Source: a virus
IMG/VR virus record: IMGVR_UViG_3300043571_000425
DNA length: 64,000 nucleotides
Direction: 5' to 3' (one strand)
Positions 36,397 through 44,744 of the stretch are shown here, piece by piece. Positions within the stretch are counted from its first letter, which is position 1. Each line of letters begins with the position of its first letter. The notes below the pieces were generated by a model that had not been told where the DNA came from, made no database searches, and worked only from the letters and a program-made list of their open reading frames with translations. A program made the translations under genes and the position numbers.

Positions 36397-37238
36397 TTAA
36401 CAGAAAATCTCGTTCCGAAGTAGTAGCCATTGGTGATGAAAATATTGGTATCCTCTATTTAGAAAAACGCGGCTTTATTTCCGTTGGGGAACGGATGGAA
36501 ATTGATGAATATGAATTGAGTAGAAGCAAAGCCCAAATTGTTGCCACAAAATTAATTAAGACTATTGCCAAAGATAGAAATATTAGTTTTGAAGCTGCAC
36601 AAGAATTGTTATCACCAAAACCAGTTGACGGCGTGGCAGTAGATAATAGCGATATTGTCTATGATTACGTGGAAGAATTTGCGGAATTACAGTCATTAAG
36701 CGCACTTAACAGCAATACTTTAGCTGTAGCAATTGCAACTATTTTCATTCAGAATCGCGCTGCATATCCTATTCAAATTGATTATGACGCTGCGATTAAT
36801 GCCACTGCATTGGACATTATTCCGCAGTCGTTACACCTCAAAAATAAACAACAAATTGCATTTGGTGGATTCACTGGACACAAGGTAATTATCAAGGGTA
36901 ATCAGTCTAGTGATGTTTCTGTAATTCAAGTTGAACCAATTGAACAACCATTATCGGAGGGTGATATTGGCTTTTTAATTGATGGTAGAAAATACATTGT
37001 TGGTTCGGATGAGTGGACAATTGAGGATACAAAATCACTTGATGAAAACCTAATTTCCGCTATTTATGAGTTCTATCAAAATGAGCGTTTAGGCTGGGTA
37101 AAACCTGAACCCGTAGTAACTACAAGTGAGGAAGAAACGGCGGGGGAGTCCCTACAATTGACTGGAGCGGACTCTACTGGAGAATCCAATACTACGGAAT
37201 CAGAGACTCGCGTTTTAGTAGCTGGGACTGCTTCTTAG
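36384..37238 (+). CDS. putative tail assembly chaperone
   Basis: 284 aa, acidic C-terminus, lies between the tube gene and (after an inserted island) the tape measure gene. Confidence 0.4.
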   Translation: MRPVINRKSRSEVVAIGDENIGILYLEKRGFISVGERMEIDEYELSRSKAQIVATKLIKTIAKDRNISFEAAQELLSPKPVDGVAVDNSDIVYDYVEEFAELQSLSALNSNTLAVAIATIFIQNRAAYPIQIDYDAAINATALDIIPQSLHLKNKQQIAFGGFTGHKVIIKGNQSSDVSVIQVEPIEQPLSEGDIGFLIDGRKYIVGSDEWTIEDTKSLDENLISAIYEFYQNERLGWVKPEPVVTTSEEETAGESLQLTGADSTGESNTTESETRVLVAGTAS

Positions 37239-37252
37239 AACAACCCGACTAC

Positions 37253-37531
37253 GTGGTTTTTGATTGTGTTAGCAACCTTGAAAAACTGCGTAGGGAAAAT
37301 GCAAATACAGAAGCCAGAATACACGCTATAGGGTGGTCTGGCTTGTTTAATGCCTTCAAGGGTAAAGACGACGCGCCAATGGATTTTGTGGACTTATTGC
37401 CGTTTGCAGATGATATTAAAACTGGCAGCAAACGGATAAGTTTCGCCACAGAAAAGGTCATTAAAAAGTTGGTCAAAGACGAATCTTTGCCAACTCAAAT
37501 ATTATCTATTTTGGGGATGTTGTTAGAATGA
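37253..37531 (+). CDS. hypothetical protein (possible chaperone partner)
   Basis: 92 aa ORF directly after the chaperone-like gene. Confidence 0.35.
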   Translation: MVFDCVSNLEKLRRENANTEARIHAIGWSGLFNAFKGKDDAPMDFVDLLPFADDIKTGSKRISFATEKVIKKLVKDESLPTQILSILGMLLE

Positions 37532-37592
37532 TTTGTGTTATAATAGTCGCATATATTGAACTTTTATAACACTGCTATCTTCGTCTTGGTTG

Positions 37593-37886
37593 TCAGGTTT
37601 CCCCGTCCCCTTGGATGGGGTTTTGTTGTTTACAGATGAAACGATCTTTTAGTGACGGAAATTCCTCTAGAAATTGTTCTAAATTTAACAACTGAAACTC
37701 ATTTCTGAAATATGAATCTGGCACAGAATTAATGGCATTAGGGAAGGTTATTTTCCCATTTATGTCAACAGAAGGATCGTTACAAGTTTGTTGTAGCTCA
37801 ACTGTTCCGTCATCTGCTATTGCGCGAACAGAATAGTGAGTGCCATTGGTTTTAAGCCGAACGCCATAAGGATAATCTTGGTTCAT
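37593..37886 (-). CDS. hypothetical protein
   Basis: 97 aa ORF, first gene encountered in the minus-strand island. Confidence 0.4.
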   Translation of the reverse strand: MNQDYPYGVRLKTNGTHYSVRAIADDGTVELQQTCNDPSVDINGKITFPNAINSVPDSYFRNEFQLLNLEQFLEEFPSLKDRFICKQQNPIQGDGET

Positions 37887-38054
37887 CTTGGTTTTTGTTC
37901 TTTACTTCGTGAAATACCACACGCAAAATATTAACACTACCAACTAAATTACCTGCTCACCAATTAATCTTTGTCTAGCAGTTCCGAATACCAAATCAAT
38001 CACCTCATCCAGTGAGTCGGGCGCGATGTATTCATTGGTGCTGTGACGTTAGGT

Positions 38055-38456
38055 TCATTGGTTTTGGTGTGCGACAAATAACATAAGTCTGTTCTTTTCT
38101 GGGTTGATATTACAAGCTGCTAAATTCCTATTCCCCCAAATCAGAAGTAATCCTAATGGGAATTTGTCAGCAATATCGTGTGTGATAATTTCTGCGCTGT
38201 AAGCCGCTTTTGTAAATTCTATTACTTGTTGGTGAGATATAGAATCAGTTGATAATATGTCTCCTGCTTGGGTATCGTGGTGAATTTGGATGGTGTGATC
38301 GCCTATCAGGTACAGCCAAGCAAATACAGGTAATTTAGAATCAAGTTGCAAGTGGAATAACCACTCATCAAGTCTTTTTTGGTTTTTGGTTCTTTGATCA
38401 TTCATGGTTTTAGCTAGTTGATTCAGTTGTTTATTTGCTTCTTTAATTGACAACAC
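38055..38456 (-). CDS. hypothetical protein
   Basis: 133 aa, GTG start, conserved 30-nt upstream element. Confidence 0.4.
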   Translation of the reverse strand: MLSIKEANKQLNQLAKTMNDQRTKNQKRLDEWLFHLQLDSKLPVFAWLYLIGDHTIQIHHDTQAGDILSTDSISHQQVIEFTKAAYSAEIITHDIADKFPLGLLLIWGNRNLAACNINPEKNRLMLFVAHQNQ

Positions 38457-38591
38457 AATTACCTCACAACTGGATATATTGAAACTAATTTTGTAAATTA
38501 CTTAAACCTAAAAGTCGGGTAAGTGGTGATGGATTTTACTGTTGCTATGCCTTCTTCTTCCTCTTGTTTTTGGGATTGTTTTAATAATTCC

Positions 38592-39767
38592 TTAAGGGAA
38601 TCCACTTTTGATGAATACTGGTAGGATTTTCTTGACAATTTGAGGTAGTTCTTTTTGACAGTGGTTCATGTTTAACGGCGGATCAAATTTTCGGATATAA
38701 CCTATTTCCCATTCCTCCAGGTCGTTTGCATCAGTCCAGGTGAAATAAGCTATATGTTGTATTTTGTGTTCTTTAAATTCTGATATTTTTTCGTGTTTAG
38801 CATGGCGATTTCTTAGGCTAGTAGTTGATATACCAACGTACCATACACGACTAGCAGCGTCTAAAGCAAAGTAAATACCGGGTGAATCTGGCAGATTATT
38901 GTGATCTCCCAATAGCGTTTTTGCTAGTTTCTTGATAGAAAAACTAGGGATAAATTGATTGTCGTCTGCTTCTATTTCTACTGTATTTTGTGGTTCAGTC
39001 TTAGGACTATTTGGCAAAAAAGATGCTAACTCGCTATCTTTAATATATTCTTGATAAATTTCTGGCTTAACAAAAAACATATTCCAGTCTTCATCCATGC
39101 AATGAATCATCCTATCTGCTATTTCTCTTATTAAACACATCCATTTTTTATTTACGTCTTTATTGTCTGAATCACAAAAATCATTTGCGCTTTTTGGGTA
39201 ATTTTCCTCAAAAAAGCTTCTTTGTTCTTCCTCTGTCTCCCATCCGTAATAGCTAATATCCTTTTCCTGTTGGAAAAAATCATTTAATACTGCTGTTTCC
39301 CAGATGTGATTCAAGACTTCAGGACGATCCTCAGAGAAAACCGAGAATTGAATTTTACATTGATAAGATAGCCAGTATAAGGGTGCTAACGCAAGTGCCT
39401 CAGAAGCAATACCTACAGGTGAAAGATTGTATCCCAATGCGGGTAGAACTGATTTGGGATTAGTCAGAATATCACGGCAATGCCTAATCGCTATTGGCTT
39501 CAGGTGCGCCGGAAAACCAAAATCGAAGCCACTTATGCCCGTCATTAGCGAATTAACGCACTGATCTTTTTGATAATCTGTGAAATCGACATATTGACTG
39601 TATTCTCCTTCCCAAAAACATTCTTCTTCTATATCAAAATTCTCAAGGAACAAATCACAAGCCAACATATAAAGCTTAGATTCTATTCCTTTTAGTAGTA
39701 GTTTTTCCTCGCCAGTATGGTAGTAACCTGTTTCAAGTGCTGTTTGTTTTTCAATTACGATAGTCAT
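38592..39767 (-). CDS. GIY-YIG nuclease domain protein
   Basis: C-terminus PGIYFALDAASRVWYVGISTTSLRNRHAKH...EWEIGYIRKFDPPLN. Confidence 0.65.
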   Translation of the reverse strand: MTIVIEKQTALETGYYHTGEEKLLLKGIESKLYMLACDLFLENFDIEEECFWEGEYSQYVDFTDYQKDQCVNSLMTGISGFDFGFPAHLKPIAIRHCRDILTNPKSVLPALGYNLSPVGIASEALALAPLYWLSYQCKIQFSVFSEDRPEVLNHIWETAVLNDFFQQEKDISYYGWETEEEQRSFFEENYPKSANDFCDSDNKDVNKKWMCLIREIADRMIHCMDEDWNMFFVKPEIYQEYIKDSELASFLPNSPKTEPQNTVEIEADDNQFIPSFSIKKLAKTLLGDHNNLPDSPGIYFALDAASRVWYVGISTTSLRNRHAKHEKISEFKEHKIQHIAYFTWTDANDLEEWEIGYIRKFDPPLNMNHCQKELPQIVKKILPVFIKSGFP

Positions 39768-39821
39768 AAAATCCTTCCTTCGCTTTAATGTATTGTTCAG
39801 TTTCTTGATGAGCGTAATAGA

Positions 39822-40559
39822 TTAATCTGCTGTAGTTATTTCATCCGTTGCGCCTACCTTCTTATAAGGACGGTATCTAACACCGTCTTGTTTTTTAAGA
39901 TTGCAATCAGAACAGAGTATTTGATAGTCAGCTTGATTGTCATGGAAAAGTTGCCATGCTTCAATAAACGCAGTAAAGGCTTTTCTGGTTTTCTTGAACC
40001 GATAAGTGTGGATTGAGTTACATCTTTCTATTGTTGGATATTTTTCTGGTTTGTAAAATAACTCAAACTGATTGACAATAGAAATAAAGCTTTTGCTTTT
40101 ATGGTCAATTTGCAGCTTCACATTAGAACCACAACAGGAACACGCTGAATTATTTGCAAAAAGAGACTCGCCAGCTTTTTGTACTTGATAAAATACAGAT
40201 TCCCTGTAACTTTCAAGTCTACTTCTATTCTCAATTGAGTTAATAACTTTGTCTCTGTTTTTGATACTGCGCGGGGAACATTTTTTGTAGGAAAAATCCT
40301 GTTCATTGCCTTTTGCATCAACAATAACAAAGCAGCAATATTGACTGACTGCTGGAAATTCAGGATACCCTACTTTAATTGTAGAAACGCCGTCTCGCTT
40401 CTTTTTCCGCTTGTGAGGGTGAAATTCTAGTAAATCTTTTGTAAACTTGAGATCGTTGCCAGTGAGTATTCTTGCACCTTTCGCAAGCATTGATCTAGCG
40501 TGATCTTTGACATCCTCCCACGTATTGAATGACTGGTTTCCTAACTGGTATTTATTCAT
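39822..40559 (-). CDS. HNH endonuclease with an N-terminal DUF3223-like domain
   Basis: CSCCGSNVKLQIDHKS...ILCSDCNLKK. Confidence 0.6.
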   Translation of the reverse strand: MNKYQLGNQSFNTWEDVKDHARSMLAKGARILTGNDLKFTKDLLEFHPHKRKKKRDGVSTIKVGYPEFPAVSQYCCFVIVDAKGNEQDFSYKKCSPRSIKNRDKVINSIENRSRLESYRESVFYQVQKAGESLFANNSACSCCGSNVKLQIDHKSKSFISIVNQFELFYKPEKYPTIERCNSIHTYRFKKTRKAFTAFIEAWQLFHDNQADYQILCSDCNLKKQDGVRYRPYKKVGATDEITTAD

Positions 40560-40621
40560 CTTGATTTTCCTGTTTTATAAATGTGCGATCGCTATCCCAC
40601 CCACCCAGCCAGCGATCTAAA

Positions 40622-41299
40622 TTACTTGAAAACTTCAATCAGAATTGATTCAGGGTACAACCCGACATAGCCAAAGCGCGGATCATAAATCCGTTCAATG
40701 TCTATTTCCCGTTTACGGCATAGAAGGGATGCTTGCCTACCTTTTTGACTTGCAACTTTAGCAGACACTTCCAGCCCTTGTTTAACCGCAAATCCCAAAA
40801 CAGTGTATTTGTTGCCACTAGGAGCAATGTAACGCCCTTGCTCACATTCAACAGCCGCTAAACGTGCTTCAGCTAGTTTTAATTGCTGTTCCTGCTCAAT
40901 CATGCGACGTTCCTGTTCCGCCATTTGATTGACCATGACGGCTAAAGCCTGAATAGTGGTCATAGGTTGAGGTTGCTGCAATTGCTTACGGGCATTAGAG
41001 AAAGCCTTGACTAAGTTCATCTTGCACTGAATGACTCGCTCCGTATTCCGGGAAAGTGTCATCACAAACAAAACTTGATCTTCTGTCAACCAAACGAAAT
41101 TTTCTGATGTAGCACCGATTTCTCTTTTCTTCACTTCGTTTTCAAAACGGAGTGAGCCAAACCCTTGCTCTATCTGGGCTTGATACTTCTTAATGATATT
41201 TCTCATCCAGTCGGAGTGAGTAACATTCAATTCACTGGCAACCAATCGGGAATCTACGACGAGTACCCCGTTTTGCTCAAAAACTGCTAAATTAGACAT
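40622..41299 (-). CDS. Rha family phage regulatory protein
   Basis: N-terminus NGVLVVDSRLVASELNVTHSDWMRNIIKK typical of Phage_pRha. Confidence 0.7.
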   Translation of the reverse strand: MSNLAVFEQNGVLVVDSRLVASELNVTHSDWMRNIIKKYQAQIEQGFGSLRFENEVKKREIGATSENFVWLTEDQVLFVMTLSRNTERVIQCKMNLVKAFSNARKQLQQPQPMTTIQALAVMVNQMAEQERRMIEQEQQLKLAEARLAAVECEQGRYIAPSGNKYTVLGFAVKQGLEVSAKVASQKGRQASLLCRKREIDIERIYDPRFGYVGLYPESILIEVFK

Positions 41300-41524
41300 A
41301 GTAGAGTAACCCGTCCTTTCCGGGTGAAAAACTAACCATTGAAACCACCGGAATACTGCAATATTCCTGCGTGGTATGGTTACGATAATTTTATCATGTT
41401 TTCAATAGTCTTATTAATTCTTCAATAACTTAGGATACAATATTATCCAGTCGCGTGATGGTGTTGGTAGCACCGATTCACCACTGGCTGTAGGTCTTGT
41501 ACACCCACATTGATATTATTCCCA

Positions 41525-43393
41525 ATGAAAACTATTAAAATCAAGGTCAAACTTCTTGCTGAACAGGCGCAATCATGCGATCGCTACCTAGAAGAATTGA
41601 CATGGCTATGGAATCAGGTATTGGCTAATCAATTGCATAACCATTGCATCACCTGGTACAACTGGGCTGGTAAGTTGAGCGCAGATTTAGCTAAGGCGAC
41701 GGAAAAGTTAGAGAAGCTAAAACCGGAACAACAGCAGCTTGTTAGGAACTACTACCGCAGCAAAGACAAGCCAAAACTCAACAAAAAAGAACAGGAATTA
41801 GTTGCCAAATTTGATATATTTTCCCGGTGGTTGCCGTTTGACTTAGAAAATATTATTCCCGTACCTTTGCGAGTTGGCAACAGTGGCTACGAGGGCTTAT
41901 CGTGCCAGATTGCTACAGGCGGAAGTTACTGGAAACGGGACGATAATTTTAATATTCCAATCAAAACCAAAAAGGGGATTATTCACGTCAAAGGGTCTAA
42001 ATTAGTTAAGGGTGATTACCCCTGGAAACGAATACAAATAATGCCACATCAATATAAAACTTTCCCCAGTGGTAAGTTTGAGGGGAGGGAATTAATAGAT
42101 TTAATGAAGTTTGATAATTTGAACGGGTTAAACGGGTTAAGAGCGATGCAAAATCTACCTGATTTATCCGTTTCCTCGCACTACGTCGGAGGCTTGTTAG
42201 AGTTTTTCAAACAGTCATGGTTAGCATTTTTAGACCCCAAAAGGATAAACAGCAGGAAGCCAAAATTCAAAAAAGATGCTGATAAGATTAGCACTTTATT
42301 TAATAAGCAATGTCCACCAAATAAGATAGACATAAAGAATAATTCAGTTGAAATTACTGGATTTGGCAATTTAATCGTTACTGATAGAAGTTGGGGGGAA
42401 AGACTGAACCTAGATAGCAGTCTTCCTCGGACGTATATGCTAACCAAAAAAGCATCTGGCTACTATATCAATATTGTCCTTGCTCACCCATTGCAAGAAG
42501 AAAAAGCGGTTTTAACAAAGAAATTACCCAAGGTTAAAAAGGAGCTTGGAGAAGACAGCCAAGAGTACGAAGATATTAAGTCTAAAATCAAGTTTATTGA
42601 ACAGCAAATCAAGGATTCGTTAATCGTAGTGGGAAAGAATTTAAGTGTAGGGATTGACCCTGGAGTACAGGCTATTGTGGCGACAGATCACGGGGCGTTA
42701 TTCCTCCCAAATCTAAGCAGGGAAAGAGTGTCAATCCATATAGAGGAACTACAATCAAGGCTTGATAACCTTGAATTAATTAATGATAAAAAGTGGAAAG
42801 ATTCAGGAAGCAAAGGTGCTAGACCTAAGACAAAAAACGAGATTAAGATACAAGATAAAATTACCAGATTACATGAACGTGGGGCTAATTCTTCTAATGC
42901 CTTTAATCATAAAATGTCAACTAGATTAAGCAGGACTTACGAGCATATAGCATGGGAGGATACCCAGTTAACCAATCTCCTAAAACAAACAGAAGCTAAA
43001 GCATTGCCTGAAGGGGTGGGATATGCTCACAACGGCGCGTCTGCTAAACGGGGTTTAAATTGGATTATGAGACAAAGATGCTTGGGTGATTTAAAAGCTA
43101 AAACTAAGCAAAAAGTTGAGAACAGAGGCGGTAGTTTTCATGAACCACCTGCTAACTACAGTTCTCAACTATGCCATTGTTGTCATCAGAAAGGTGAGCG
43201 ATTATCACAGTATGAGTTTGTCTGCAAAAACTCTGAATGTGAGTTATTTGAACAGGTGCAACAAGCTGACACCAATGCGGCTAGGAATCACAAACATAAT
43301 AGTAGTTTTGAACTAGGAGAAGTCAAATATCACAACACTAGATTGGTTTACCAAAAACCCAAGAGATTTAAAAAGAAACGCTTGACAAAGTAG
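41525..43393 (+). CDS. TnpB-like RuvC nuclease = candidate type V (Cas12-like, V-U-type) CRISPR effector
   Basis: 622 aa from the ATG (TTG alternative at 41510). RuvC-I VGIDPGV, RuvC-II IAWEDTQL, zinc finger CHCCHQ..VCKNSEC, RuvC-III QADTNAARN. A CRISPR array lies 350 bp downstream on the same strand. Confidence 0.8.
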   Translation: MKTIKIKVKLLAEQAQSCDRYLEELTWLWNQVLANQLHNHCITWYNWAGKLSADLAKATEKLEKLKPEQQQLVRNYYRSKDKPKLNKKEQELVAKFDIFSRWLPFDLENIIPVPLRVGNSGYEGLSCQIATGGSYWKRDDNFNIPIKTKKGIIHVKGSKLVKGDYPWKRIQIMPHQYKTFPSGKFEGRELIDLMKFDNLNGLNGLRAMQNLPDLSVSSHYVGGLLEFFKQSWLAFLDPKRINSRKPKFKKDADKISTLFNKQCPPNKIDIKNNSVEITGFGNLIVTDRSWGERLNLDSSLPRTYMLTKKASGYYINIVLAHPLQEEKAVLTKKLPKVKKELGEDSQEYEDIKSKIKFIEQQIKDSLIVVGKNLSVGIDPGVQAIVATDHGALFLPNLSRERVSIHIEELQSRLDNLELINDKKWKDSGSKGARPKTKNEIKIQDKITRLHERGANSSNAFNHKMSTRLSRTYEHIAWEDTQLTNLLKQTEAKALPEGVGYAHNGASAKRGLNWIMRQRCLGDLKAKTKQKVENRGGSFHEPPANYSSQLCHCCHQKGERLSQYEFVCKNSECELFEQVQQADTNAARNHKHNSSFELGEVKYHNTRLVYQKPKRFKKKRLTK

Positions 43394-43528
43394 ATGGTTT
43401 TAGTTATTATCAATTTACCGCAGTTTGGACGGGATGACTGGTTCTGTCAGTCTATGACTTGATGATTTTACGATCAAAAAGTAAGGGAGATGGTGACTAC
43501 TCCCATAGACCAGCCGGAACTATGGCTG

Positions 43529-43560
43529 GCAATCCTCAGAAGGGATTAATCATTTTGCAA
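43529..43560 (+). ncRNA. anti-repeat (candidate tracrRNA core)
   Basis: GCAATCCTCAGAAGGGATTAATCATTTTGCAA. Its reverse complement aligns to repeat positions 2-33 with about 28 Watson-Crick and 2 G:U pairs. A weaker second copy lies at 43618-43642. Confidence 0.55.
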
Positions 43561-43742
43561 TCATCGAAGCAGCGTGGCTAAAACAAACCCGCGCGCAAAT
43601 CCAGAACCTAGACAAGCGAAGGGATTAGAGCTATCTTTGCAGAATATCAAAAGGGATTTAAGCGGCTGTAATGGACTTTTTGGATTAGCTCGCGCAAACA
43701 GCCTCTAGGATTCAAGTATATCAAGGGTTTCAGGTTGCCGCA

Positions 43743-44700
43743 CTTGCAGGATGACTAATCCCTTCTGAGGGATTGAAACAAGTACAATTGATGGAAATAA
43801 AATATTAAGCATAGACTTGCAGGATGACTAATCCCTTCTGAGGGATTGAAACAATTTTGAGCTTGACATAATCATCGTTATGTCACTTGCAGGATGACTA
43901 ATCCCTTCTGAGGGATTGAAACGTCATGCTTATCAGATGAACTTCACCCAAATACGCTTGCAGGATGACTAATCCCTTCTGAGGGATTGAAACAACTTGC
44001 TCCTGCACTGCCTTGCAGGATGACTAATCCCCTTGCAGGATGACTAATCCCTTCTGAGGGATTGAAACAGGCGTGAGTTTGGCGTGACGTGGCGTAAATC
44101 TCTTGCAGGATGACTAATCCCTTCTGAGGGATTGAAACCTTAGATGTTAAGACTGTCAGAAAATATCAAGGTAGACTTGCAGGATGACTAATCCCTTCTG
44201 AGGGATTGAAACGTCGGTTCTTCATTAATTTGCTTGCAGGATGACTAATCCCTTCTGAGGGATTGAAACTACCGTTAAAGTGTTCATGAATCTTTTGGGG
44301 ATGACTTGCAGGATGACTAATCCCTTCTGAGGGATTGAAACAGTGTGTGCAGTCAAATACTTAGATATTCCATCTGGATTGCAACTTGCAGGATGACTAA
44401 TCCCTTCTGAGGGATTGAAACAACTTATGACCCTAACATTGCTTGCAGGATGACTAATCCCTTCTGAGGGATTGAAACCGACTGATAGCTGATTTTTCCA
44501 AATAAACGGAGTCCTTGCAGGATGACTAATCCCTTCTGAGGGATTGAAACTGTACTCTTTTGGCAATTGTGGTTAACATCTTCCTACGCTCCTTGCAGGA
44601 TGACTAATCCCTTCTGAGGGATTGAAACTTCTAATATCTGCGAGCGATATTTATTAAAACCATCTTGCAGGATGACTAATCCCTTCTGAGGGATTGAAAC
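43743..44700 (+). CRISPR. CRISPR array, 14 identical 37-nt repeats + 1 truncated repeat, 13 spacers
   Basis: Repeat CTTGCAGGATGACTAATCCCTTCTGAGGGATTGAAAC (7-bp hairpin AATCCCT/AGGGATT, 3' tag ATTGAAAC). Spacers are 33-43 nt, plus three short ones of 18, 20 and 20 nt. Confidence 0.97.
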
Positions 44701-44744
44701 GAGGCGTGGCAACTATAAGGAAAATCCCTTACCAGTTGCCAGTT

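Noticed and set aside
41510-43393. Cas12k / CRISPR-associated transposon (type V-K), given the cyanobacterial context and about 630 aa size
   Set aside because: The RuvC catalytic D/E/D residues appear intact, and no tnsB, tnsC or tniQ genes or Tn7-like ends are in the window.
43722-43733. AAGGGTTTCAGG shared between the CRISPR leader and 8426-8437
   Set aside because: A single 12-mer match is expected many times by chance in 64 kb, counting both strands.
44225-44566. 113-aa minus-strand ORF with reiterated NPSEGISHPA peptide
   Set aside because: It is simply the translation of the CRISPR repeats on the opposite strand and not a gene.
44694-44744. Track start (TTG) of the tape measure ORF
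   Set aside because: The codon lies inside the last CRISPR repeat. ATG 44745 (MNLGELIV...) is the more plausible start.
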